From positions 1 to 40,366 of the forward strand of contig NEEC01000257.1 of the NCBI GenBank assembly GCA_002189035.1: a stretch of DNA of 40,366 nucleotides, written 5' to 3'. The notes beneath the pieces are model-generated. The model was not told the origin of the DNA. It saw nothing but the letters and a program-made list of their open reading frames with translations, and did no database searches. Of the stretch, positions 13,517 through 26,000 are shown one piece after another. Source of the DNA: Utricularia gibba (lineage: Eukaryota > Plantae > Magnoliophyta). A program made the position numbers and the translations under genes. Each line of letters begins with the position of its first letter. Position 1 is the first letter of the stretch.

Positions 13517-16300
13517 CACGTGCACCCCACATGATTTTTTCAACAACTTACTTTATACTTGAGAAGGCGGTCTTTGGGTGCACTTGGAACCGGAAAAAGA
13601 TCAGCTTAGGCCTTGGCCCAAAGTAAGTTGTAGCCCGGCAAAGAAAGTGATGTATTTATTAACGTTCGGTTTTCGGTGTTGCCTACATGGTTTTTCAAGG
13701 AACAGCTTCTCGTTTTGTGGCGGCCAGTCTCGCTAGGAACTTGGTCCGGGCCCGCGATTCTTATGGCTCATGAGGACAAAAGGATGCAAATCGATGAATA
13801 CAATGTTGCATTTGTTTAAATTGCGATATCACGTGCACCCCACATGATTTTTTCAACAACTTACTTTATACTTGAGCAGGCGGTCTTTGGTGCACCTGGA
13901 ACGGGACAAAGAAGCTTTGGCTTGCACCGAAGTTAGTTGTAGCCGGCAAATAAAGTGATGTATTATTATCGTTCGGTTTTCGGGGTGCCTACATGGTTTT
14001 TCAAGGAACGCTTCTCGTTTGTGGCGGCCAGTCTCGCTGGAAACTTGGTCCTTGACCCCGATTCTGTATGGCTCATGAGGTCAACTGGATGCAAATCGAT
14101 TAAAAAAAGATCCATTTGTTTAAATTATGATGTCACGTGCACCCCACATGATTTTTTCAACAACTTACTTTATACTTGAAGGCGGTCTTTGGGTGCACTT
14201 GGAACCGGAAAAAGATCAGCTTAGGCCTTGGCCCAAAGTAAGTTGTAGCCCGGCAAAGAAGTGATGTATTTATTAACGTTCGGTTTTCGGTGTTGCCTAC
14301 ATGGTTTTTCAAGGAACAGCTTCTCGTTTTGTGCGGCCAGTCTCGCTAGGAACTTGGTCCGGGCCCGCGATTCTTTATGGCTCATGAGGACAAAAGGATG
14401 CAAATCGATGAATACAATGTTGCATTTGTTTAAATTGCGATATCACGTGCACCCCACATGATTTTTTCAACAACTTACTTTATACTTGAGCAGGCGGTCT
14501 TGGGTGCACCTTGGAACGGGACAAAGGTAAGGTTTGGCTTGCACCGAGAGTTAGTTGTAGTCCGGCAAATAAAGTGATGTATTTATTATCGTTCGGTTTC
14601 GGGGGCTGCCTACATGGTTTTTCAAGGAACCGCTTCTCGTTTTGTGGCGGCCAGTCTCGCTGGGAACTTGGTCCTTGATTCTGTATGGCTCATGAGGTCA
14701 ACTGGATGCAAATCGATTAAAAAAATGATGCATTTGTTTAAATTACGATGTCACGTGCACCACATGATTTTTTAACAACATACTTTATACATGAGAGGCG
14801 GTCTTGGGGGGCACTTGGAACCGGAAAAAGATCAGCTTAGGCCTTGGCCCAAAGTAAGTTGTAGCCCGGCAAAAAGTGATGTATTTATTACGTTCGGTTT
14901 TCGGGTTGCCTACATGGTTTTTCAAGGAACAGCTTCTCGTTTTGTGGCGGCCAGTCTCGCTGGGAACTTGGTCCTTGACCCGATTCTGTATGGCTCATGA
15001 GGTCAACTGGATGCAAATCGATTAAAAAAATGATGCATTTGTTTAAATTATGATGTCACGTGCACCCCACATGATTTTTTAACAACTTACTTTATACTTG
15101 AGAGGCGGTCTTTGGGTGCACTTGGAACCGGAAAAAGATCAGCTTAGGCCTTGGCCCAAAGTAAGTTGTAGCCGGCAAAGAAAGTGATGTATTTATTAAC
15201 GTTCGGTTTTCGGTGTTGCCTACATGGTTTTTCAAGGAACAGCTTCTCGTTTTGTGGCGGCCAGTCTCGCTAGGAACTTGGTCCGGGCCCGATTCTTATG
15301 GCTCATGAGGACAAAAGGATGCAAATCGATGAATACAATGTTGCATTTGTTTAAATTGCGATATCACGTGCACCCCACATGATTTTTTCAACAACTTACT
15401 TTATACTTGAGCAGGCGGTCTTTGGGTGCACCTGGAACGGGACAAAGGTAAGGTTTGGCTTGCACGAGAGTTAGTTGTAGTCCGGCAAATAAAGTGATGT
15501 ATTTATTATCGTTCGGTTTTCGGGGCTGCCTACATGGTTTTTCAAGGAACCGCTTCTCGTTTTGTGGCGGCCAGTCTCGCTGGGAACTTGGTCCTTGACC
15601 CCGATTCTGTATGGCTCATGAGGTCAACTGGATGCAAATCGATTAAAAAAAATGATGCATTTGTTTAAATTACGATGTCACGTGCACCCCACATGATTTT
15701 TTAACAACATACTTTATACATGAGGAGGGTCTTGGGGGGCACTTGGAACCGGAAAAAGATCAGCTTAGGCCTGGCCCAAAGTAAGTTGTAGCCCGGCAAA
15801 GAAAGTGATGTATTTATTAACGTTCGGTTTTCGGTGTTGCCTACATGGTTTTTCAAGGAACAGCTTCTCGTTTTGTGGCGGCCAGTCTCGCTAGGAACTT
15901 GGTCCGGGCCCGCGATTCTTTATGGCTCATGAGGACAAAAGGATGCAAATCGATGAATACAATGTTGCATTTGTTTAAATTGCGATATCACGTGCACCCC
16001 ACATGATTTTTTCAACAACTTACTTTATACTTGAGCAGGCGGTCTTTGGGTGCACCTGGAACGGGACAAAGGTAAGGTTTGGCTTGCAAAGTTAGTTGTA
16101 GTCCGGCAAATAAAGTGATGTATTTATTATCGTTCGGTTTTCGGGGGCTGCCTACATGGTTTTTCAAGGAACCGCTTCTCGTTTGTGGCGGCCAGTCTCG
16201 CTGGGAACTTGGTCCTTGACCCCGATTCTGTATGGCTCATGAGGTCAACTGGATGCAAATCGATTAAAAAAAAATGATCCATTTGTTTAAATTACGATGT

Positions 16301-16922
16301 CACGTGCACCCCACATGATTTTTTTAACAACATACTTTATACATGAGGAGGCGGTCTTGGGGGCACTTGGAACCGGAAAAAGATCAGCTTAGGCCTTGGC
16401 CCAAAGTAAGTTGTAGCCCGGCAAAGAAAGTGATGTATTTATTAACGTTCGGTTTTCGGTGTTGCCTACATGGTTTTTCAAGGAACAGCTTCTCGTTTTG
16501 TGGCGGCCAGTCTCGCTAGGAACTTGGTCCGGGCCCGCGATTCTTTATGGCTCATGAGGACAAAAGGATGCAAATCGATGAATACAATGTTGCATTTGTT
16601 TAAATTGCGATATCACGTGCACCCCACATGATTTTTTCAACAACTTACTTTATACTTGAGAAGGCGGTCTTTGGGTGCACTTGGAACGGAAAAAGGTCAG
16701 CTTAGGCCTTGGCCCAAAGTAAGTTGTAGCCCGGCAAAGAAAGTGATGTATTTATTAACGTTCGGTTTTCGGGTTGCCTACATGGTTTTTCAAGGAACAG
16801 CTTCTCGTTTTGTGGCGGCCAGTCTCGCTGGAACTTGGTCCGGCCCCGATTCTTTATGGCTCATGAGGACAAAAGGATGCAAATCGATGAATACAATGTT
16901 GCATTTGTTTAAATTGCGATAT
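16301..16922 (+). repeat. A-A doublet (no intervening B); similar doublets at 17841-18462 and 37118-37727
   Basis: Two consecutive monomers have A heads (GATCAGC or GGTCAGC) and A tails (GAGGACAAA...TTGCGATAT). Confidence 0.75.
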
Positions 16923-19397
16923 CACGTGCACCCCACATGATTTTTTCAACAACTTACTTTATACTTGAGAGGCGGTCTTTGGGTGCACTGGAACGGGAAA
17001 AGGCTTTGGCTTGCCCAAGTAAGTTGTAGTCCGGCAAATAAAGTGATGTATTTATTATCGTTCGGTTTTCGGGGCTGCCTACATGGTTTTTCAAGGAACC
17101 GCTTCTCGTTTTGTGGCGGCCAGTCTCGCTGGGAACTTGGTCCTTGACCCGATTCTGTATGGCTCATGAGGTCAACTGGATGCAAATCGATTAAAAAAAA
17201 TGATCATTTGTTTAAATTACGATCACGTGCACCCCACATGATTTTTTAACAACTACTTTATACTGAGAGGCGGTCTTGGGGGCACTTGGAACCGGAAAAA
17301 GATCAGCTTAGGCCTTGGCCCAAAGTAAGTTGTAGCCCGGCAAAGAAAGTGATGTATTTATTAACGTTCGGTTTTCGGTGTTGCCTACATGGTTTTTCAA
17401 GGAACAGCTTCTCGTTTTGTGGCGGCCAGTCTCGCTAGGAACTTGGTCCGGGCCCCGATTCTTTATGGCTCATGAGGACAAAAGGATGCAAATCGATGAA
17501 TACAATGTTGCATTTGTTTAAATTGCGATATCACGTGCACCCCACATGATTTTTTTCAACAACTTACTTTATACTTGAGCAGGCGGTCTTTGGGGCACTG
17601 GAACGGGAAAAGGTAAGGTTTGGCTTGCCAGAGTTAGTTGTAGTCCGGCAAATAAAGTGATGTATTTATTATCGTTCGGTTTTCGGGGGCTGCCTACATG
17701 GTTTTTCAAGGAACCGCTTCTCGTTTGTGGCGGCCAGTCTCGCTGGGAACTTGGTCCTTGACCCGATTCTGTATGGCTCATGAGGTCAACTGGATGCAAA
17801 TCGATTAAAAAAAATGATCCATTTGTTTAAATTACGATGTCACGTGCACCCCACATGATTTTTTTAACAACATACTTTATACATGAGGAGGCGGTCTTGG
17901 GGGGCACTTGGAACCGGAAAAAGATCAGCTTAGGCCTTGGCCCAAAGTAAGTTGTAGCCCGGCAAAGAAAGTGATGTATTTATTAACGTTCGGTTTTCGG
18001 TGTTGCCTACATGGTTTTTCAAGGAACAGCTTCTCGTTTTGTGCGGCCAGTCTCGCTAGGAACTTGGTCCGGGCCCGCGATTCTTTATGGCTCATGAGGA
18101 CAAAAGGATGCAAATCGATGAAACAATGTTGCATTTGTTTAAATTGCGATATCACGTGCACCCCACATGATTTTTTAACAACTTACTTTATACTTGAGAA
18201 GGCGGTCTTTGGGTGCACTTGGAACCGGAAAAAGATCAGCTTAGGCCTTGGCCCAAAGTAAGTTGTAGCCCGGCAAAGAAAGTGATGTATTTATTAACGT
18301 TCGGTTTTCGGTGTTGCCTACATGGTTTTTCAAGGAACAGCTTCTCGTTTTGTGGCGGCCAGTCTCGCTAGGAACTTGGTCCGGGCCCGCGATTCTTTAT
18401 GGCTCATGAGGACAAAAGGATGCAAATCGATGAAAATGTTGCATTTGTTTAAATTGCGATATCACGTGCACCCACATGATTTTTTCAACAACTTACTTTA
18501 TACTTGAGCAGGCGGTCTTTGGGTGCACCTGGGGACAAAGGTAAGGTTTGGCTTGCACCGAGAGTTAGTTGTAGTCCGGCAAATAAAGTGATGTATTTAT
18601 TATCGTTCGGTTTTCGGGGCTGCCTACATGGTTTTTCAAGGAACCGCTTCTCGTTTTGTGGCGGCCAGTCTCGCTGGGAACTTGGTCCTTGACCCCGATT
18701 CTGTATGGCTCATGAGGTCAACTGGATGCAAATCGATTAAAAAAAATGATCATTTGTTTAAATTACGATGTCACGTGCACCCCACATGATTTTTTTAACA
18801 ACATACTTTATACATGAGGAGGCGGTCTTGGGGGGCACTTGGAACCGGAAAAAGATCAGCTTAGGCCTTGGCCCAAAGTAAGTTGTAGCCCGGCAAAGAA
18901 AGTGATGTATTTATTAACGTTCGGTTTTCGGTGTTGCCTACATGGTTTTTCAAGGAACAGCTTCTCGTTTTGGGCGGCCAGTCTCGCTAGGAACTTGGTC
19001 CGGGCCCGCGATTCTTTATGGCTCATGAGGACAAAAGGATGCAAATCGATGAATAAATGTTGCATTTGTTTAAATTGCGATATCACGTGCACCCACATGA
19101 TTTTTTCAACAACTTACTTTATACTTGAGAGGCGGTCTTTGGGTGCACCTGGAACGGGACAAAGGTAAGGTTTGGCTTGCAAAGAGAGTTAGTTGTAGTC
19201 CGGCAAATAAAGTGATGTATTTATTATCGTTCGGTTTTCGGGGGCTGCCTACATGGTTTTTCAAGGAACCGCTTCTCGTTTTGTGGCGGCCAGTCTCGCT
19301 GGGAACTTGGTCCTTGACCCCGATTCTGTATGGCTCATGAGGTCAACTGGATGCAAATCGATTAAAAAAAATGATGCATTTGTTTAAATTACGATGT

Positions 19398-19707
19398 CAC
19401 GTGCACCCCACATGATTTTTTTAACAACATACTTTATACATGAGGAGGCGGTCTTGGGGGCACTTGGAACCGGAAAAAGATCAGCTTAGGCCTTGGCCAA
19501 AAGTAAGTTGTAGCCGGCAAATAAAGTGATGTATTTATTATCGTTCGGTTTTCGGGGTGCCTACATGGTTTTTCAAGGAACCGCTTCTCGTTTTGTGGCG
19601 GCCAGTCTCGCTGGGAACTTGGTCCTTGACCCGATTCTGTATGGCTCATGAGGTCAACTGGATGCAAATCGATTAAAAAAAATGATGCATTTGTTTAAAT
19701 TATATGT
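19398..19707 (+). repeat. Hybrid monomer with a different, earlier A-to-B switch point
   Basis: A' head through AAAGTAAG (~19507), then B diagnostics from GGCAAATAAAG (~19516-19526), TTATCGTT, AACCGC, CTGGGAAC and GAGGTCAACTG. Confidence 0.8.
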
Positions 19708-20018
19708 CACGTGCACCCCACATGATTTTTTTAACAACATACTTTATACTGAGAAGGCGGTCTTTGGGGCACTTGGAACCGGAAAAAGATCAGCTTAGGC
19801 CTTGGCCCAAGTAAGTTGTAGCCCGGCAAAGAAAGTGATGTATTTATTAACGTTCGGTTTTCGGTGTTGCCTACATGGTTTTTCAAGGAACAGCTTCTCG
19901 TTTTGTGGCGGCCAGTCTCGCTAGGAACTTGGTCCGGGCCCGCGATTCTTTATGGCTCATGAGGACAAAAGGATGCAAATCGATGAATACAATGTTGCAT
20001 TTGTTTAAATTGCGATAT

Positions 20019-23000
20019 CACGTGCACCCCACATGATTTTTTCAACAACTTACTTTATACTTGAGCAGGCGGTCTTTGGGTGCACCTGGAACGGGACAAA
20101 GGTAAGGTTTGGCTTGCACGAGAGTTAGTTGTAGTCCGGCAAATAAAGTGATGTATTTATTATCGTTCGGTTTTCGGGGGCTGCCTACATGGTTTTTCAA
20201 GGAACCGCTTCTCGTTTTGTGGCGGCCAGTCTCGCTGGGAACTTGGTCCTTGACCCCGATTCTGTATGGCTCATGAGGTCAACTGGATGCAAATCGATTA
20301 AAAAAATGATCATTTGTTTAAATTACGATGTCACGTGCACCCCACATGATTTTTTTAACAACATACTTTATACTGAGGAGGCGGTCTTGGGGGGCACTTG
20401 GAACCGGAAAAAGATCAGCTTAGGCCTTGGCCCAAAGTAAGTTGTAGCCCGGCAAAGAAAGTGATGTATTTATTAACGTTCGGTTTTCGGTGTTGCCTAC
20501 ATGGTTTTTCAAGGAACAGCTTCTCGTTTTGTGGCGGCCAGTCTCGCTGGGAACTTGGTCCTTGACCCCGATTCTGTATGGCTCATGAGGTCAACTGGAT
20601 GCAAATCGATTAAAAAAAATGATGCATTTGTTTAAATTATGATGTCACGTGCACCCCACATGATTTTTTAACAACTACTTTATACATGAGGAGGCGGTCT
20701 TGGGGGCACTTGGAACGGAAAAAGGTCAGCTTAGGCTTGGCCCAAAGTAAGTTGTAGCCCGGCAAAGAAAGTGATGTATTTATTAACGTTCGGTTTTCGG
20801 TGTTGCCTACATGGTTTTTCAAGGAACAGCTTCTCGTTTTGTGGCGGCCAGTCTCGCTAGGAACTTGGTCCGGGCCCCGCGATTCTTTATGGCTCATGAG
20901 GACAAAGGATGCAAATCGATGAATACAATGTTGCATTTGTTTAAATTGCGATATCACGTGCACCCACATGATTTTTTCAACAACTTACTTTATACTTGAG
21001 CAGGCGGTCTTTGGGTGCACCTGGAACGGGACAAAGGTAAGGTTGGGCTTGCACGAGAGTTAGTTGTAGTCCGGCAAATAAAGTGATGTATTTATTATCG
21101 TTCGTTTTTTCGGGGGCTGCCTACATGGTTTTTCAAGGAACGCTTCTCGTTTTGTGGCGGCCAGTCTCGCTGGGAACTTGGTCCTTGACCCCGATTCTGT
21201 ATGGCTCATGAGGTCAACTGGATGCAAATCGATTAAAAAAAATGATGCATTTGTTTAAATTATGATGTCACGTGCACCCCACATGATTTTTTCAACAACT
21301 TACTTTATACTTGAGAAGGCGGTCTTTGGGTGCACTTGGAACCGGAAAAAGATCAGCTTAGGCTTGGCCAAAGTAAGTTGTAGCCCGGCAAAGAAAGTGA
21401 TGTATTTATTAACGTTCGGTTTTCGGTGTTGCCTACATGGTTTTTCAAGGAACAGCTTCTCGTTTTGTGGCGGCCAGTCTCGCTAGGAACTTGGTCCGGG
21501 CCCGCGATTCTTTATGGCTCATGAGGACAAAAGGATGCAAATCGATGAATACAATGTTGCATTTGTTTAAATTGCGATATCACGTGCACCCCACATGATT
21601 TTTTCAACAACTTACTTTATACTTGAGCAGGCGGTCTTTGGGTGCACCTGGAACGGGACAAAGGTAAGGTTTGGCTTGCACCGAGAGTTAGTTGTAGTCC
21701 GGCAAATAAAGTGATGTATTTATTATCGTTCGGTTTTCGGGGCTGCCTACATGGTTTTTCAAGGAACCGCTTCTCGTTTTGTGGCGGCCAGTCTCGCTGG
21801 GAACTTGGTCCTTGACCCGATTCTGTATGGCTCATGAGGTCAACTGGATGCAAATCGATTAAAAAAAATGATGCATTTGTTTAAATTACGATGTCACGTG
21901 CACCCCACATGATTTTTTCAACATACTTTATACATGAGGAGGCGGTCTTGGGGGCACTTGGAACCGGAAAAAGATCAGCTTAGGCCTTGGCCCAAAGTAA
22001 GTTGTAGCCCGGCAAAGAAAGTGATGTATTTATTAACGTTCGGTTTTCGGTGTTGCCTACATGGTTTTTCAAGGAACAGCTTCTCGTTTTGTGGCGGCCA
22101 GTCTCGCTGGGAACTTGGTCCTTGACCCGATTCTGTATGGCTCATGAGGTCAACTGGATGCAAATCGATTAAAAAAAAATGATGCATTTGTTTAAATTAT
22201 GATGTCACGTGCACCCCACATGATTTTTTTAACTACTTTATACATGAGGAGGCGGTCTTGGGGGCACTTGGAACCGGAAAAAGGTCAGCTTAGGCCTTGG
22301 CCCAAAGTAAGTTGTAGCCCGGCAAAGAAAGTGATGTATTTATTAACGTTCGGTTTTCGGTGTTGCCTACATGGTTTTTCAAGGAACAGCTTCTCGTTTT
22401 GTGGCGGCCAGTCTCGCTAGGAACTTGGTCCGGGCCCGCGATTCTTTATGGCTCATGAGGACAAAAGGATGCAAATCGATGAATACAATGTTGCATTTGT
22501 TTAAATTGCGATATCACGTGCACCCCACATGATTTTTTCAACAACTTACTTTATACTTGAGCAGGCGGTCTTTGGGTGCACTGGAACGGACAAAGGTAAG
22601 GTTTGGCTTGCACCGAGAGTTAGTTGTAGTCCGGCAAATAAAGTGATGTATTTATTATCGTTCGGTTTTCGGGGGCTGCCTACATGGTTTTTCAAGGAAC
22701 CGCTTCTCGTTTTGTGGCGGCCAGTCTCGCTGGGAACTTGGTCCTTGACCCCGATTCTGTATGGCTCATGAGGTCAACTGGATGCAAATCGATTAAAAAA
22801 AATGATGCATTTGTTTAAATTATGATGTCACGTGCACCCCACATGATTTTTTCAACAACTTACTTTATACTTGAGAAGGCGGTCTTTGGGTGCACTTGGA
22901 ACCGGAAAAAGATCAGCTTAGGCCTTGGCCCAAAGTAAGTTGTAGCCCGGCAAAGAAAGTGATGTATTTATTAACGTTCGGTTTTCGGTGTTGCCTACAT

Positions 23001-26000
23001 GGTTTTTCAAGGAACAGCTTCTCGTTTTGTGGCGGCCAGTCTCGCTAGGAACTTGGTCCGGGCCCGCGATTCTTTATGGCTCATGAGGACAAAAGGATGC
23101 AAATCGATGAAACAATGTTGCATTTGTTTAAATTGCGATATCACGTGCACCCCACATGATTTTTTCAACAACTTACTTTATACTTGAGCAGGCGGTCTTT
23201 GGGTGCACCTGGAACGGGACAAAGGTAAGGTTTGGCTTGCACCGAGAGTTAGTTGTAGTCCGGCAAATAAAGTGATGTATTTATTATCGTTCGGTTTTCG
23301 GGGGCTGCCTACATGGTTTTTCAAGGAACCGCTTCTCGTTTTGTGGCGGCCAGTCTCGCTGGGAACTTGGTCCTTGACCCCGATTCTGTATGGCTCATGA
23401 GGTCAACTGGATGCAAATCGATTAAAAAAAATGATGCATTTGTTTAAATTACGATGTCACACACCCACATGATTTTTTTAACAACATACTTTATACTGAG
23501 GAGGCGGTCTTGGGGGGCACTTGGAACCGGAAAAAAGGTCAGCTTAGGCCTTGGCCCAAAGTAAGTTGTAGCCCGGCAAAGAAAGTGATGTATTTATTAA
23601 CGTTCGGTTTTCGGTGTTGCCTACATGGTTTTTCAAGGAACAGCTTCTCGTTTTGTGGCGGCCAGTCTCGCTAGGAACTTGGTCCGGGCCCGCGATTCTT
23701 TATGGCTCATGAGGACAAAAGGATGCAAATCGATGAATACAATGTTGCATTTGTTTAAATTGCGATATCACGTGCACCCCACATGATTTTTTCAACAACT
23801 TACTTTATACTTGAGCAGGCGGTCTTTGGGGGCACCTGGAACGGGACAAAGGTAAGGTTTGGCTTGCACGAGAGTTAGTTGTAGTCCGGCAAATAAAGTG
23901 ATGTATTTATTATCGTTCGGTTTTCGGGGGCTGCCTACATGGTTTTTCAAGGAACCGCTTCTCGTTTTGTGGCGGCCAGTCTCGCTGGGAACTTGGTCCT
24001 TGACCCGATTCTGTATGGCTCATGAGGTCAACTGGATGCAAATCGATTAAAAAAAATGATGCATTTGTTTAAATTACGATGTCACGTGCCCCACATGATT
24101 TTTTAACAACTTACTTTATACTGAGGAGGCGGTCTTGGGGGGCACTTGGAACCGGAAAAAGATCAGCTTAGGCCTAAAGTAAGTTGTAGCCCGGCAAAGA
24201 AAGTGATGTATTTATTAACGTTCGGTTTTCGGTGTTGCCTACATGGTTTTTCAAGGAACAGCTTCTCGTTTTGTGGCGGCCAGTCTCGCTGGAACTTGGT
24301 CCTTGACCCCGATTCTGTATGGCTCATGAGGTCAACTGGATGCAAATCGATTAAAAAAAATGATGCATTTGTTTAAATTGATGTCACGTGCACCCACATG
24401 ATTTTTTAACAACTACTTTATACTGAGGAGGCGGTCTTTGGGGGGCACTTGGAACCGGAAAAAGGTCAGCTTAGGCCTTGGCCCAAAGTAAGTTGTAGCC
24501 CGGCAAAGAAAGTGATGTATTTATTAACGTTCGGTTTTCGGTGTTGCCTACATGGTTTTTCAAGGAACAGCTTCTCGTTTTGTGGCGGCCAGTCTCGCTA
24601 GGAACTTGGTCCGGGCCCCGATTCTTTATGGCTCATGAGGACAAAAGGATGCAAATCGATGAATACAATGTTGCATTTGTTTAAATTGCGATATCACGTG
24701 CACCCCACATGATTTTTTCAACAACTTACTTTATACTTGAGCAGGCGGTCTTTGGGTGCACCTGGAACGGGACAAAGGTAAGGTTTGGCTTGCCGAGAGT
24801 TAGTTGTAGTCCGGCAAATAAAGTGATGTATTTATTATCGTTCGGTTTTCGGGGCTGCCTACATGGTTTTTCAGGAACCGCTTCTCGTTTTGTGGCGGCC
24901 AGTCTCGCTGGGAACTTGGTCCTTGACCCCGATTCTGTATGGCTCATGAGGTCAACTGGATGCAAATCGATTAAAAAAAATGATCCATTTGTTTAAATTA
25001 TGATGTCACGTGCACCCCACATGATTTTTTCAACAACTTACTTTATACTTGAGAAGGCGGTCTTGGGTGCACTTGGAACCGGAAAAAGATCAGCTTAGGC
25101 TTGGCCCAAAGTAAGTTGTAGCCGGCAAAGAAAGTGATGTATTTATTAACGTTCGGTTTCGGTGTTGCCTACATGGTTTTTCAAGGAACAGCTTCTCGTT
25201 TTGTGGCGGCCAGTCTCGCTAGGAACTTGGTCCGGCCCGCGATTCTTTATGGCTCATGAGGACAAAAGGATGCAAATCGATGAATACAATGTTGCATTTG
25301 TTTAAATTGCGATATCACGTGCACCCACATGATTTTTTCAACAACTTACTTTATACTTGAGCAGGCGGTCTTTGGGTGCACCTGGAACGGGACAAAGGTA
25401 AGGTTTGGCTTGCCGAGAGTTAGTTGTAGTCCGGCAAATAAAGTGATGTATTTATTATCGTTCGGTTTTCGGGGCTGCCTACATGGTTTTTCAAGGAACC
25501 GCTTCTCGTTTTGTGGCGGCCAGTCTCGCTGGGAACTTGGTCCTTGACCCCGATTCTGTATGGCTCATGAGGTCAACTGGATGCAAATCGATTAAAAAAA
25601 TGATGCATTTGTTTAAATTACGATGTCACGTGCACCCCACATGATTTTTTTAACAACTTACTTTATACTGAGGAGGCGGTCTTGGGGGCACTTGGAACCG
25701 GAAAAAGATCAGCTTAGGCCTTGGCCCAAAGTAAGTTGTAGCCCGGCAAAGAAAGTGATGTATTTATTAACGTTCGGTTTTCGGTGTTGCCTACATGGTT
25801 TTTCAAGGAACAGCTTCTCGTTTTGTGGCGGCCAGTCTCGCTGGGAACTTGGTCCCCCCGATTCTTATGGCTCATGAGGTCAACTGGATGCAAATCGATT
25901 AAAAAATGATGCATTTGTTTAAATTGATGTCACGTGCACCCCACATGATTTTTTTAACAACTTACTTTATACTGAGAGGCGGTCTTTGGGGGGCACTTGG

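Larger units (their letters stand above)
11643..20018 (+). repeat. Irregular, variant-rich domain with B*/A' junctions, A/B hybrid monomers and AA doublets
   Basis: Unit order (start coordinates): B*11643, A'11958, B12271, A12584, B*12897, H13205, A13517, B13830, A14134, B*14444, H14752, A15057, B*15365, A'15679, B15989, A'16301, A''16614, B16923, A'17224, B17532, A'17841, A18153, B18463, A'18772, B*19084, H19398, A19708. Confidence 0.85.
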
